Shown in pieces: positions 1 to 8,987 of a stretch of DNA of 64,000 nt (positions are counted from its first letter, which is position 1; the number at the start of each line of letters is the position of its first letter). Under the pieces are notes generated by a model, which saw only the letters and a program-made list of their open reading frames with translations, made no database searches and was not told where the DNA came from. The stretch is from Dehalococcoidia bacterium (lineage in GTDB: Bacteria; Chloroflexota; Dehalococcoidia; Plut-88900), in the NCBI GenBank assembly GCA_965249275.1, contig CBDFLQ010000007.1:352001-416000 (forward strand), written 5' to 3'. Both the position numbers and the translations under genes were made by a program.

Positions 1-1
1 G

Positions 2-1360
2 ACCATCGCCGTCTACGACCTCGGCGGCGGCACTTTCGACGTCTCCATCCTGCAGATAGGCGAGGGTGTGTTCGAGGTCAAGTCCACAAACGGTGACACC
101 CATCTCGGCGGTGACGACTTCGACCAGCGCATCATCGACTGGCTAGTCGCCGAGTTCAAGCGTGACCAGGGTATCGACCTCCGACAGGACCGCATGGCCC
201 TCCAGAGGCTCAAGGAGGGCGCCGAGAAGGCCAAGTGCGAACTCTCCACCGTTATCGAGACGGAGATCAACCTTCCCTTCATCACCGCTGACTCCTCGGG
301 CCCCAAGCACATGAATATCTCCCTTTCCAGGGCTAAGCTTGAACAGCTTGTCGGCGACTTGGTCGACAGGACGGAAGGTCCTTGCCGCAGCGCCCTCCGG
401 GACGCCGACATCAACGCTGCTCAAGTGGACGAAGTCGTCCTTGTCGGCGGCCAGACCCGCATGCCTGCCGTATTCGAAAAGGTGAAGAGCGTTTTCGGCA
501 AGGAGCCTCACAAGGGCGTCAATCCCGACGAGGTCGTGGCTATCGGCGCGGGCATTCAGGCCGGCGTGCTCAAGGGAGACGTCCAGGACATTCTTCTTCT
601 CGACGTCACCCCACTCACGCTCGGCATCGAGACCCTCGGCGGCGTGGCAACCCCTCTGATCAACCGCAACACCACTATCCCCACCTCAAAGTCCCAGGTC
701 TTCTCCACCGCCTCCGACAACCAGCCCAGCGTCGACGTCCACGTCATCCAGGGCGAGCGTTCCATGGCTCAGCAGAACAAGACCATCGGCCGCTTCCTCC
801 TCGATGGCATCCTCCCCGCCCCCCGGGGCTTGCCCCAAATCGAGGTCACCTTCGACATAGATGCCAACGGCATCCTCAACGTCTCCGCCAAGGACACGGG
901 CACGGGCAAGGAGCAGAAGATCACCATCACCGCCAGCTCCGGCCTTGAAAAAGACGAGGTCGAGCGCATGGTCAGGGAGGCCGAGTCCAACGCCGAGGAT
1001 GACCGCCGTAAAAAAGAAGAGGTTGAGACCCGCAACAACGCAGACTCCCTAGCCTACGCCGCTGAAAAGATGCTCCGGGACAACGCCGATAAAGTCCCCG
1101 CTGACCTCAAAGCAGAGGTAGAGGGCAAGATCGCACAGGTGCGCTCGGCACTCCAGTCCGGGGATACCGACCAGATTAAGCGCTCCACCGACGAGCTTCA
1201 GGAGTCCATGCAGAAAGTCGGGGCTGCCGTCTACAGCCAGCAACAGTCCCAAGGCCCGACTGATGGCGCAGACCCGTCAGGTGGCCCACAGCCCGGCGGC
1301 CCGGGCCCTGATGGCCCGTCCCAGTCCGGCACCGTGGAAGGTGAATTCCGCGAAGTTTAA
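2..1360 (+). CDS. dnaK: Chaperone DnaK (Hsp70), 5'-truncated by window edge
   Basis: Frame is open from base 2: [56 protein letters not shown]; ends VEGEFREV. Confidence 0.98.
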   Translation, partial: TIAVYDLGGGTFDVSILQIGEGVFEVKSTNGDTHLGGDDFDQRIIDWLVAEFKRDQGIDLRQDRMALQRLKEGAEKAKCELSTVIETEINLPFITADSSGPKHMNISLSRAKLEQLVGDLVDRTEGPCRSALRDADINAAQVDEVVLVGGQTRMPAVFEKVKSVFGKEPHKGVNPDEVVAIGAGIQAGVLKGDVQDILLLDVTPLTLGIETLGGVATPLINRNTTIPTSKSQVFSTASDNQPSVDVHVIQGERSMAQQNKTIGRFLLDGILPAPRGLPQIEVTFDIDANGILNVSAKDTGTGKEQKITITASSGLEKDEVERMVREAESNAEDDRRKKEEVETRNNADSLAYAAEKMLRDNADKVPADLKAEVEGKIAQVRSALQSGDTDQIKRSTDELQESMQKVGAAVYSQQQSQGPTDGADPSGGPQPGGPGPDGPSQSGTVEGEFREV

Positions 1361-1383
1361 CCCCTTCCTCATCCACAAAAGTC

Positions 1384-1430
1384 AAACGATGACCCGACAT
1401 GCTGAGCATGTCGGGTCATCGTTTCTTTCG
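1384..1430 (+). terminator. Intrinsic terminator after dnaK
   Basis: Perfect 20-bp inverted repeat aaacgatgacccgacatgct-g-agcatgtcgggtcatcgttt followed by ctttc. Confidence 0.85.
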
Positions 1431-1527
1431 GTGTAGGGGGGTGTCCCCTCCACTTCACTCCACTCCCGCCACCACTGTTGCTCCTGCGTTCTCAGACCAA
1501 CGAATGGGAACCCCGCCCGGAATCCAC

Positions 1528-1606
1528 TCGACCCTTCGACCCTGCTCAGGATGAGCGGATTCCTACCCCACTCCCACCCCCGGATTCCTGCCTCCGCAGG
1601 AATTAC
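1528..1606. repeat. REP-like palindromic elements
   Basis: tcgacccttcgaccctgctcaggatgagcgg (near-identical inverted copy at 52266-52296) and ggattcctgcctccgcaggaat, between convergent genes. Confidence 0.7.
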
Positions 1607-1636
1607 GGAGGAAGAAGAGGTGTTTCGCTCCCTTTT

Positions 1637-2980
1637 CTACCCCACCCCGGCCAAAACCGCCGCACCCGTGCTCTCCGAGCCCGGATGCCCCGGCGCTCCG
1701 TAAAGCGGGCACCCCGTGCAGCTCCGCGTCGACCCGCACGGCGCAACGTGTCCCTGCCCAGATCCAGTCAAGGAATTTGTGCTGGTCTCAGGCGTTGGTT
1801 CCTGGAACAGATCCAGCCGTAGCTGCTTCGCCTTCGGGGGCCGATGACCGGGAAACACCAGGAAAGGCCATGCCCGCTTCTTGATAACCCCCATCAACCG
1901 CAGGTCTCGCCACGAATCGATGGAATGCTGCCTGCGTTGCCTCAGGATCCGGTCCACCGCCGTCGGCCCCACACCCGGGGCTCGAAGCAACTGGGCTTTC
2001 GTAGAGTGATTTATGTCTATTGGAAAGGCGTCCAAGTTCTCCATGGCAATGACTGTCTTGGGGTCCCGGTCCATGGACAGATACCCCGATTCATCGAAGG
2101 CCATCTCGATCTCTTCGTTGGAAAACTTGTATATCCGCTTGAGCCAGTCCATCTGGTAAAGCCGGTGCGACCGCGTCATGGACGTAGCCGGGTGCTCTTC
2201 AAGGGGCGTGTAGGGCACCGGCTGAAAGTTGGAGTAGTAGGCCCGCTTGAGGTTCCATTCCCCATAAAGCTGGTCTACTCGGTGAAAAATTTCCCGGTCC
2301 GACTCATTGGCCGCGCCCACCACGAACTGGGTGGCCTGACCCACCGCCCCACCCGTCTTCTCCCGGTTCAGGTCGTTGATCCATTCCATCGGCGCCAGGA
2401 TGTCCCGCTCCAGGTCCTTCATCTTGCTCAGTGTGCGCATCCTCTCGGCAGTCGGCGTCTCAATATTGACCGAAAGCCGGGTCCCGAGCTTGTGCGCCGC
2501 CTCGATGTACTGCCGCTCTGTGCCCGGCATCACCTTCATGTGGATGTAGCCCTTGAATCCGTACCGTTCACGGATAATCTGCACCACGTCGATCAGTTTC
2601 GCCGTGGTCTTGGACCCGGTTCCCGCCACCCCCGAGCTCAGGAACAGGCCGTCCACCGTATGCCGCTGGTGTAACTCCATAAAGGTGCGCGCCAGCTCCT
2701 CCCGCTTGAAGGCGAACCTCTTCCTCGGGACCCAGTGGCTGTTGGGGCAGAAGTGGCAGTCCATCTTGCAGAAGTCGGTGAACATTACCCGCAACAGGCT
2801 TATGGTCTTGCCATTGGGCATCGACGCCTTGTAGACGCCGGGCAGCGGGTTCTTCTTCGGGTCCGAATAGGGCCTGCGCTCCTTGGATTTCCTCTGGGGT
2901 TGGGACAGAACATCGTCGCTGGCCATTCCTCCCAGCAGTTGGAGCTTTTCATAGGTGTCGGGCGTACGTCTGATGAGCAT
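1637..2980 (-). CDS. Putative DNA modification/repair radical SAM protein with helix-hairpin-helix (TIGR03916-like)
   Basis: CKMDCHFC (CxxxCxxC), GLFLSSG, YIHMKVMPG, HRLYQMDWL, FPIDIN...LLRAPGVG HhH; GGAGG RBS before ATG at 2980. Confidence 0.88.
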   Translation of the reverse strand: MLIRRTPDTYEKLQLLGGMASDDVLSQPQRKSKERRPYSDPKKNPLPGVYKASMPNGKTISLLRVMFTDFCKMDCHFCPNSHWVPRKRFAFKREELARTFMELHQRHTVDGLFLSSGVAGTGSKTTAKLIDVVQIIRERYGFKGYIHMKVMPGTERQYIEAAHKLGTRLSVNIETPTAERMRTLSKMKDLERDILAPMEWINDLNREKTGGAVGQATQFVVGAANESDREIFHRVDQLYGEWNLKRAYYSNFQPVPYTPLEEHPATSMTRSHRLYQMDWLKRIYKFSNEEIEMAFDESGYLSMDRDPKTVIAMENLDAFPIDINHSTKAQLLRAPGVGPTAVDRILRQRRQHSIDSWRDLRLMGVIKKRAWPFLVFPGHRPPKAKQLRLDLFQEPTPETSTNSLTGSGQGHVAPCGSTRSCTGCPLYGAPGHPGSESTGAAVLAGVG

Positions 2981-2999
2981 GGTGTATTCCTCCTCTAAT

Positions 3000-3013
3000 A
3001 GAACTTGTGTTCT
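3000..3013. promoter_or_regulatory. LexA (SOS) box
   Basis: AGAAC-ttgt-GTTCT about 20 bp upstream of the radical SAM start; matches the GAAC-N4-GTTC LexA box of Gram-positives/Chloroflexota; TTGACA on the minus strand at 3036-3031. Confidence 0.75.
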
Positions 3014-3107
3014 TATAGAATACATCAGGTTGTCAAGGGGTCACACATAGGCATGGAAGTGGATGGTTGGTTGGTGGCGAGGCAGGTGTTGGTAGGGCCT
3101 ACGCTTT

Positions 3108-3392
3108 AGATGCCTCCCGCCTGAGGCGGACCCTCCAGAGGCGGATGTTCCACTTTCAGCGCGGGGCCTCGGAATGACGGGGGAAAGGAGGGTGGGGTGC
3201 GTGGCTGGTCGAAGGGGGTGCGTGGTGTCCTGGGCGTGAGGGCGATCGGCCAATCGCCCCTACGGAAGGGGACACCACCCCATTCCGTTCTTGAGACCCT
3301 TCGACTCGGCTCCCGCCTCAGCGGATCTGCGACAGGGCGAACGGAATTCCTCACCCATGGATTACCATGTCGGGGCACGAGAATGACGGGGA
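3108..3392. repeat. Cluster of REP-like palindromes
   Basis: ccgcctgaggcgga, ...ggaatgacgg, gggcgatcggccaatcgcccctac (GTAG-type), cccttcgac...cagggcgaacgg, ...gagaatgacgggg. Confidence 0.7.
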
Positions 3393-3425
3393 AACTGGGA
3401 AGGGCTGACGGATCGGACGCCGTTC

Positions 3426-4532
3426 TTAGGTTATCCCGTACAGCCGAGCACAGTTGTCCCACATCGTCTTCCTCCTCATCGAGCCGGACAAAGGAAGCTC
3501 CATGAACAGGTCCACGGCATGGGGGAACTTTGAGTCGGGGTGTGGGTAATCGGTGGAGAGGACCAGGTTGTCGTCCAGACCGTAGCTCTCCACCATAGCC
3601 GCGGGTGATTCCTCGGGCTCCACGGATACGAAGCACTGCCGTTTGAAGTAGTCCCCCGGAGTCATCGTGAGGCTTGGCGCCTCCATCTTCCCCGAAAACT
3701 CGAAGTGATCGTCCATCCGCCACATCAGCCACGGGACCCAGGAGCAGTTGGCTTCCAGGAACGCCACACGCAGCGACGGAAACCGCTCCAACACCCCTCC
3801 CCCAATCATGCTTACCGCAGCCATCATCATCTCCATCGAGTGACAACACGTGTGAAACAGCCAGTAGTCTCCCTCGAACTGGGACCCGGCCTCCGGCATC
3901 GGGACGTGCGACCCCTCATGAAACCCGACCGACGCATCCAGTCTCTCTACTTCTTCCCACAGCGGATCGTAGCAAGGGTCGTGCCAGTTCTTCCCCAGGT
4001 ACAGGTTGGGCCTCAGGAATACACCCCTGAACCCGAGTTCCTCCACGCACCGCTTCACTTCCTTGACCGCCTCACCCACATCCGTCGGGAAAACCATGCC
4101 AATGCCTTTCATCCGGTCCGGGAAAGGGCTGCAAAAGTCCGACATCCAATCGTTGTACGCCCTGGCTATCGCCGCCCCGAAACCCGCGTCCAGCTTATCC
4201 GTAGCCACTGCGAAAAGCCCTCTGGATGGGTACATCAGCGCCATGTCCATGCCCTCACGGTCCATGGCCCGCACCTGGGAGCCCGGGTCCCAGCCGCTGT
4301 CTATAGGGTCTTGATAGGCATCCAGAGGCCCGGCCTTCTCCTCGAAAAGGTCATCATGGACGTCCCTTGGGATCTGTTCCCCGTCGATCTCTACACACAA
4401 GTCCTGCTGGTAACGAGCCATGCCCACGGGCGCGCGCTCCATGTACTCCGGGTCTATGTAACGTTGCCACAGATCCACCGGCTCGATGACGTGCATATCC
4501 GAGTCCATGAACTTCAAGCCATTCTTGCTCAT
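3426..4532 (-). CDS. Amidohydrolase family protein (Amidohydro_2)
   Basis: DSDMHVIEP, RAYNDW, YDPLWE, GFHEG, GGVLERFPSLRVAFLE, STDYPHPD. Confidence 0.9.
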   Translation of the reverse strand: MSKNGLKFMDSDMHVIEPVDLWQRYIDPEYMERAPVGMARYQQDLCVEIDGEQIPRDVHDDLFEEKAGPLDAYQDPIDSGWDPGSQVRAMDREGMDMALMYPSRGLFAVATDKLDAGFGAAIARAYNDWMSDFCSPFPDRMKGIGMVFPTDVGEAVKEVKRCVEELGFRGVFLRPNLYLGKNWHDPCYDPLWEEVERLDASVGFHEGSHVPMPEAGSQFEGDYWLFHTCCHSMEMMMAAVSMIGGGVLERFPSLRVAFLEANCSWVPWLMWRMDDHFEFSGKMEAPSLTMTPGDYFKRQCFVSVEPEESPAAMVESYGLDDNLVLSTDYPHPDSKFPHAVDLFMELPLSGSMRRKTMWDNCARLYGIT

Positions 4533-4940
4533 ATTCTCCCCTCCCATGCCAATGCCCTTATGTCGATTCCCGTGCCTAATTATATACGCTCAGTCTCCTC
4601 TCTCACCCGGCCATGTGACATAGTCCCCTTACTTCACCCGTCAGCTGCCTCTATAATGCCACTTGCCCATGCATCTCCTCTTTCCCTTTTTTCTGAGCCC
4701 CTTGCCCCGGCGGACGCGCGAAGAATCTACTGCGGATCAATCAGACAGGCACGGTTTCTTGATTGAGACAATCAAACCCCATCACGAAGCCTTGCTAAGA
4801 CTCCCATCCCGGTACCCCTGAAAGGAGCCCCATCCCTGCCACTCCGAACGATTGCATGTGAGTGACTAACGAACTCGAAAGGGATAAACTACCCCCCGGA
4901 CTATCCCCCAGTCTGCATATTGAAAAGGAGACCCCTACCC

Positions 4941-5141
4941 ATGGAAGGCGCTACCATCCAGCCCACCCAGGACGGCCCCTACGAGGTCACCGGCGAATTC
5001 ACCGTAGTCGACCACAACGGGAAGGAATATAAGAAGCGCAAGAAAGTGTTCCTTTGCCGTTGCGGCGGGTCCGCCATGAAGCCCTACTGCGACGGCACCC
5101 ACGTATCCAACGGTTTCAAGGACGCGTCGGAAGCCAAGTAA
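4941..5141 (+). CDS. CDGSH iron-sulfur domain protein
   Basis: DGPYEV...LCRCGGSAMKPYCDGTH; AGGAG RBS. Confidence 0.9.
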   Translation: MEGATIQPTQDGPYEVTGEFTVVDHNGKEYKKRKKVFLCRCGGSAMKPYCDGTHVSNGFKDASEAK

Positions 5142-5161
5142 CCGACCCTCGGAGTTCAGCC

Positions 5162-6310
5162 ATGCGCTTCGACAGCACCGTCTACTACCACTTCGGCGAG
5201 GTCTATCCCTGGGACAAACTTACCGATGAGTTTCGGGAAATCGCCGGCATTCTCGACCAGGCCGGCTTCACTACCGTGTGGCTCGCCGAGCACCATTTCT
5301 CCTGGGACGGCTGGAACCGAGCAATGACCAACCCCATCCTTGTCGGCGCCGACCTCGCCGCCCACACCCAGCGCATCCGCGTCGGCCAGTGTGGCGTCAT
5401 CCTCCCCGACTGGCATCCCATCCGCGTCGCCGAAGACATCGCCATGCTCGACAACATGACCAAGGGTCGCGTCGACTTCGGCATCGCCCGCGGCTACGAC
5501 AGCCGTTCCGCCCTCCAGTTCAACGTCCACGCCGACAGGTTGAACGCCGGTCAGAACTACGCCCTCTTCGCCGAGACCCTGGACATCATTAAGCGCGCGT
5601 GGACAGAAGAAGTCTTCCGCCACGAAGGCAAGTTCTACACCTTCCCCGTACCCGGCTGGAAAGAGCCGAATCCCGTGACCCATGACCCCCGCTTCCACAA
5701 CGAGGACGGCGAGATGGTCGCCTTCAGCGTCTACCCCAAACCCTTTCAGAAACCCCACCCTCCCATCTACCAGATGGCCGATTCCGTCACGTCCCACAAA
5801 TTCGCGGCGGCCCGGGACGTTGGTGTTATCAGCATGCGCAGCACCATGGAGAAGATCAAAGAGCACTGGGCCGGCTACGCGGAGACCGCCAACGACGTGC
5901 TGCTTGGCCCGAACCCCGCGCCCCGGAAGCTGGCCGTAATGCGGCCCACATATGTGGCCGAGACCCGAGAGCAGGCCATACAGGACATTCGGGAGGGGCT
6001 CAACTACCGTGAGAGGCTCACTTCCACCGACATACCCCGATCTCGAAAGGCGATGCTCTCCGAGGGAGAGTTCACGGAAGACGACCTGCTCGCGGACTGC
6101 TTTGAATTTGAGGACTCCCGCAACTTGATATTCGTCGGTACCCCGGACTCCGTGTCGGAGCAGATCGAGAGGTATCAGGAAGAGCTCGGACTTGACCACC
6201 TGGTACTCTTCCACAACATTCCCGGTCTCACCCACGAAAAGGTGATGAAAAGCCTATCCCTCTTCTCCGAAAAGGTGCTGCCCCGCTTCCAGAACGGCCC
6301 CGCAGCCTGA
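5162..6310 (+). CDS. LLM-class flavin-dependent oxidoreductase
   Basis: VWLAEHHF, WHPIRVAEDIAMLDNMTKGRVDFGIARG, PKPFQKPHPPI, VGTPDSV. Confidence 0.92.
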   Translation: MRFDSTVYYHFGEVYPWDKLTDEFREIAGILDQAGFTTVWLAEHHFSWDGWNRAMTNPILVGADLAAHTQRIRVGQCGVILPDWHPIRVAEDIAMLDNMTKGRVDFGIARGYDSRSALQFNVHADRLNAGQNYALFAETLDIIKRAWTEEVFRHEGKFYTFPVPGWKEPNPVTHDPRFHNEDGEMVAFSVYPKPFQKPHPPIYQMADSVTSHKFAAARDVGVISMRSTMEKIKEHWAGYAETANDVLLGPNPAPRKLAVMRPTYVAETREQAIQDIREGLNYRERLTSTDIPRSRKAMLSEGEFTEDDLLADCFEFEDSRNLIFVGTPDSVSEQIERYQEELGLDHLVLFHNIPGLTHEKVMKSLSLFSEKVLPRFQNGPAA

Positions 6311-6348
6311 GCCCTTATCCCATCAACCCTCGAAAGCCTGGTCTGCCC

Positions 6349-7125
6349 CTACCAGACGCTCCAGCCGCCATCCACCACTATAGTCTGCCCCGTGATGAAA
6401 CTGGAGTCCCTCGCCGCCAGGAAAAGCAGCGCAGTCTTCAACTCCTTCGGCCTGCCCTGCCTCCGCATCGGCGTCCGGTACTTTATCTCCTCCGCATCCG
6501 GGTTCCCCCCGACAAACGACTGCTCGCTTGGGAAGTAACCTGGCGCCAGGGCGTTCACAGTCACCCCACGGTCGGCCCACTGGATAGCGCAGGCCCGTGT
6601 CAGTCCCACCACGCTATGCTTCGAGATCGAGTATGCCCACGACGGACCCTGCGGCACTCCCCCAACCACCCCCAGCACCGAGGACAAATTGATAACTCGA
6701 CCGTATCCTCGGGCCAGCATCTCCTTGCCTACCCGGTGCGCCAGCATCGCAGATCCGATCACGTTAGTCTCCATGACCGCATCATAGGCATTGAAATCTG
6801 CGTCAGTAGCGCTCTTCGCCTCAAACAGGGAGACCCCGGCGTTGTTGACCAGTATGTCGATCTTTCCGTATTCGGCCAGCACCCGATCTACGAAAGTGTC
6901 TATCTGTTTAGGATCCGTCACGTCGGCTTTTACAGCAAGGCAGCGTCGGCCCAGGGCTCGGACCATTTCCGCCGTCTCTTCCATCTTCTCCACCCTGCGG
7001 GCACAGACGGCCAAGTCCGCACCCGCTTCGGCCAAAGCCTCGCAGAACGTCACACCCAGCCCCGACGACGCACCCGTCACGATCGCCGTCTGTCCGCTAA
7101 GATCAAACAGGTCATTATTAGCCAT
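6349..7125 (-). CDS. SDR family oxidoreductase (gluconate 5-dehydrogenase-like)
   Basis: LFDLSGQTAIVTGASSGLG, LVNNAG, YSISK (YxxxK), VNALAPGYF, VDGG. Confidence 0.92.
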   Translation of the reverse strand: MANNDLFDLSGQTAIVTGASSGLGVTFCEALAEAGADLAVCARRVEKMEETAEMVRALGRRCLAVKADVTDPKQIDTFVDRVLAEYGKIDILVNNAGVSLFEAKSATDADFNAYDAVMETNVIGSAMLAHRVGKEMLARGYGRVINLSSVLGVVGGVPQGPSWAYSISKHSVVGLTRACAIQWADRGVTVNALAPGYFPSEQSFVGGNPDAEEIKYRTPMRRQGRPKELKTALLFLAARDSSFITGQTIVVDGGWSVW

Positions 7126-7196
7126 TTTTCCTCGCTTAGCGGGCTCGGAATACCAATCCTGCATTCCCGCTTTACCCTTCGGACGCCAAGCATAAT

Positions 7197-7226
7197 TTGA
7201 CAGCATGGAAACCGCAAACTTACAAT
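7197..7226 (+). promoter_or_regulatory. Candidate sigma70 promoter for the SBP array
   Basis: TTGACA-N18-TACAAT. Confidence 0.55.
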
Positions 7227-7503
7227 TACCTGATATTCGGCCAAAAAGGCCGATCCAAGACGACTGTGGGAGATGGCGGAAAGTTTGTTTATTTCCACAG
7301 AGTTGGAATACTTCTGTCCCCTGACCCGAATGCTCGAAACTCTTCGGTTTCGGCCACAAAACTTTGCTGGCCGAGTCCTTTCCCCGTGGTCTTCGAAATC
7401 TAGGAGGTGGACTATGCCCGACACCTAGTCACCAACTTCCGTTCATTTGAAGACTCAGGGCAGGCTGCTTGGCCTGCAACCAATCACAACGAAAGGCAGT
7501 GCA

Positions 7504-8886
7504 ATGAAGATACTCAGTAACCATTTGGGCAAGGGTTTGACCCTGCGCAAGGGCTTTATGGCCCTCTTCGCAGTCCTGGCCCTTGCCCTACTTATCGCTG
7601 CAGCTTGCGGAGAGGCCGCAACGGCAACGCCGGAAGCAATGCCGGATGAACCCACGGCTATGGCGGATGAGCCCACGGCCATGGCAGATGAACCTACCGC
7701 CATGGCAGATGAGCCCACAGCCATGGCAGATGAACCTACCGCTATGCCTGTGCCCACTGCCATGACGGAAGCTGGCATGAGGCTGAGGTCCGAGTGGACC
7801 GTCGACAACCCCGCCACCCGTGAAGAGATCGAAGCTGAGCTCCAAAAGTACCGCGGCCAGAGCCTCGTGTTCGCCTCCTGGGGCGGCGCCTACCAGGCAG
7901 CCCAGCGTCAGGCATATGCCGTACCCTTTGCCGAGCAGTTCGGCATTGACATCATCGACGACTCCCAGCCCACCCTCGGTAACGTCCGAGCCAGGTCCCA
8001 GTCCGGCAACGTCACCTGGCACCTGTTCGACACCGGCACCGGCTCCATCTACCAGTTGTCCAACACAGGCGACCTGGAAGAGCTGGACTTTAGCATTATC
8101 GACAACCGGGACTTCCTGGAAGTCGTAAAGTCCCCCTACATCGGTGGCGGCGGCATCACCTGGTCAGAGGTCTGGGCCTACAACACCGACATATTCCCCG
8201 AAGATAATCAGCCTCACACAATGGTCGACATTTACGACACCGAGAAGTTCCCCGGCCGTCGCGCCTGGGCCTACTACCCGGACCACGAGTTGGTCTTCTT
8301 CCTCTTGTCCGAGAACCCGGAACTCCTTGACACTGCCGAAGGCCGCGCCAGCCTCTCCGCCCTCACGGACGAGCAGGTTGATCGAGCCTTCGAACTGGCC
8401 GAAGAGTACAAAGACCAGGTCGATTGGTTCTGGCAGACGGGCTCCGACTGCCCACAGAACCTGGTCAGCGGCGAAATGGACCTCTGCACCGCCTGGAACG
8501 GCCGCATCTTCGATGCCGCCAAGGAAGGCGAATCCATAAGAGTGTGCTGGGAGTGCGGCCACGTCCTAAACACCGGCGTCTTCGGCATAATCAGCGGACT
8601 TAAGGAGCAGGACCCGGAGGCCTTCGAACTGGCCCATCTCTACATGGCCTGGACTTCCTTCCCCGAAATCAACGCCCGGATGTCCCAGTTCATCACCTAC
8701 GGACCTGTTAACACCAAGTCCCTGCCTTTCCTCAGCGAGCCCGAATACGATGCAGTGAGGGACGAGCTTCCTTCCTCCATCACCAACGTTCCCTACGCCA
8801 TCTTCAAAGACGAAGTCCACGTAGGTGAGCGCGCCGACATCTGGCGCGAGCGCTGGATTGAGTTCCAGCAGACTTTTGAGAACTAG
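7504..8886 (+). CDS. ABC transporter solute-binding lipoprotein, PotD/PotF-like (copy 1)
   Basis: Lipobox LIAAAC, acidic Pro/Thr linker, SWGGAYQ, YDTEKFPGRR, AWNGR, TYGPVN. Confidence 0.9.
   Translation: MKILSNHLGKGLTLRKGFMALFAVLALALLIAAACGEAATATPEAMPDEPTAMADEPTAMADEPTAMADEPTAMADEPTAMPVPTAMTEAGMRLRSEWTVDNPATREEIEAELQKYRGQSLVFASWGGAYQAAQRQAYAVPFAEQFGIDIIDDSQPTLGNVRARSQSGNVTWHLFDTGTGSIYQLSNTGDLEELDFSIIDNRDFLEVVKSPYIGGGGITWSEVWAYNTDIFPEDNQPHTMVDIYDTEKFPGRRAWAYYPDHELVFFLLSENPELLDTAEGRASLSALTDEQVDRAFELAEEYKDQVDWFWQTGSDCPQNLVSGEMDLCTAWNGRIFDAAKEGESIRVCWECGHVLNTGVFGIISGLKEQDPEAFELAHLYMAWTSFPEINARMSQFITYGPVNTKSLPFLSEPEYDAVRDELPSSITNVPYAIFKDEVHVGERADIWRERWIEFQQTFEN
7636..7764 (+). repeat. 21-bp coding tandem repeat (AMADEPT)
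   Basis: About 6 degenerate copies of gccatggcagatgarccyac in the SBP1 linker. Confidence 0.9.
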
Positions 8887-8909
8887 CGTTTCCTGATACT
8901 GAATACATA

Positions 8910-8947
8910 GGCGCCCTCCGAAAGGCCCAACCCCTTTGGAGGGCGCC
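8910..8947 (+). terminator. Hairpin after SBP1
   Basis: ggcgccctccgaaagg...cctttggagggcgcc; no U-tract. Confidence 0.5.
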
Positions 8948-8987
8948 AAACCAGTGCCCCCCGTAGTTCTAGAGAAAGGGAGCAAAA

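Noticed and set aside
1478-1822. ORF containing RPFDPAQDER and PDSCLRRN
   Set aside because: Translation of REP-like palindromes; overlaps the radical SAM gene on the opposite strand
3041-3849. ORFs 3041..3253, 3106..3849 and 3197..3505
   Set aside because: Read through a repeat cluster or alternate frames of the amidohydrolase; no protein motifs
4550-4940. Possible riboswitch in the 390-bp divergent spacer
   Set aside because: No recognisable aptamer consensus or convincing stems
7636-7764. 21-bp repeats as a CRISPR array
   Set aside because: Contiguous, in-frame, vary at third codon positions, no spacers and no cas genes
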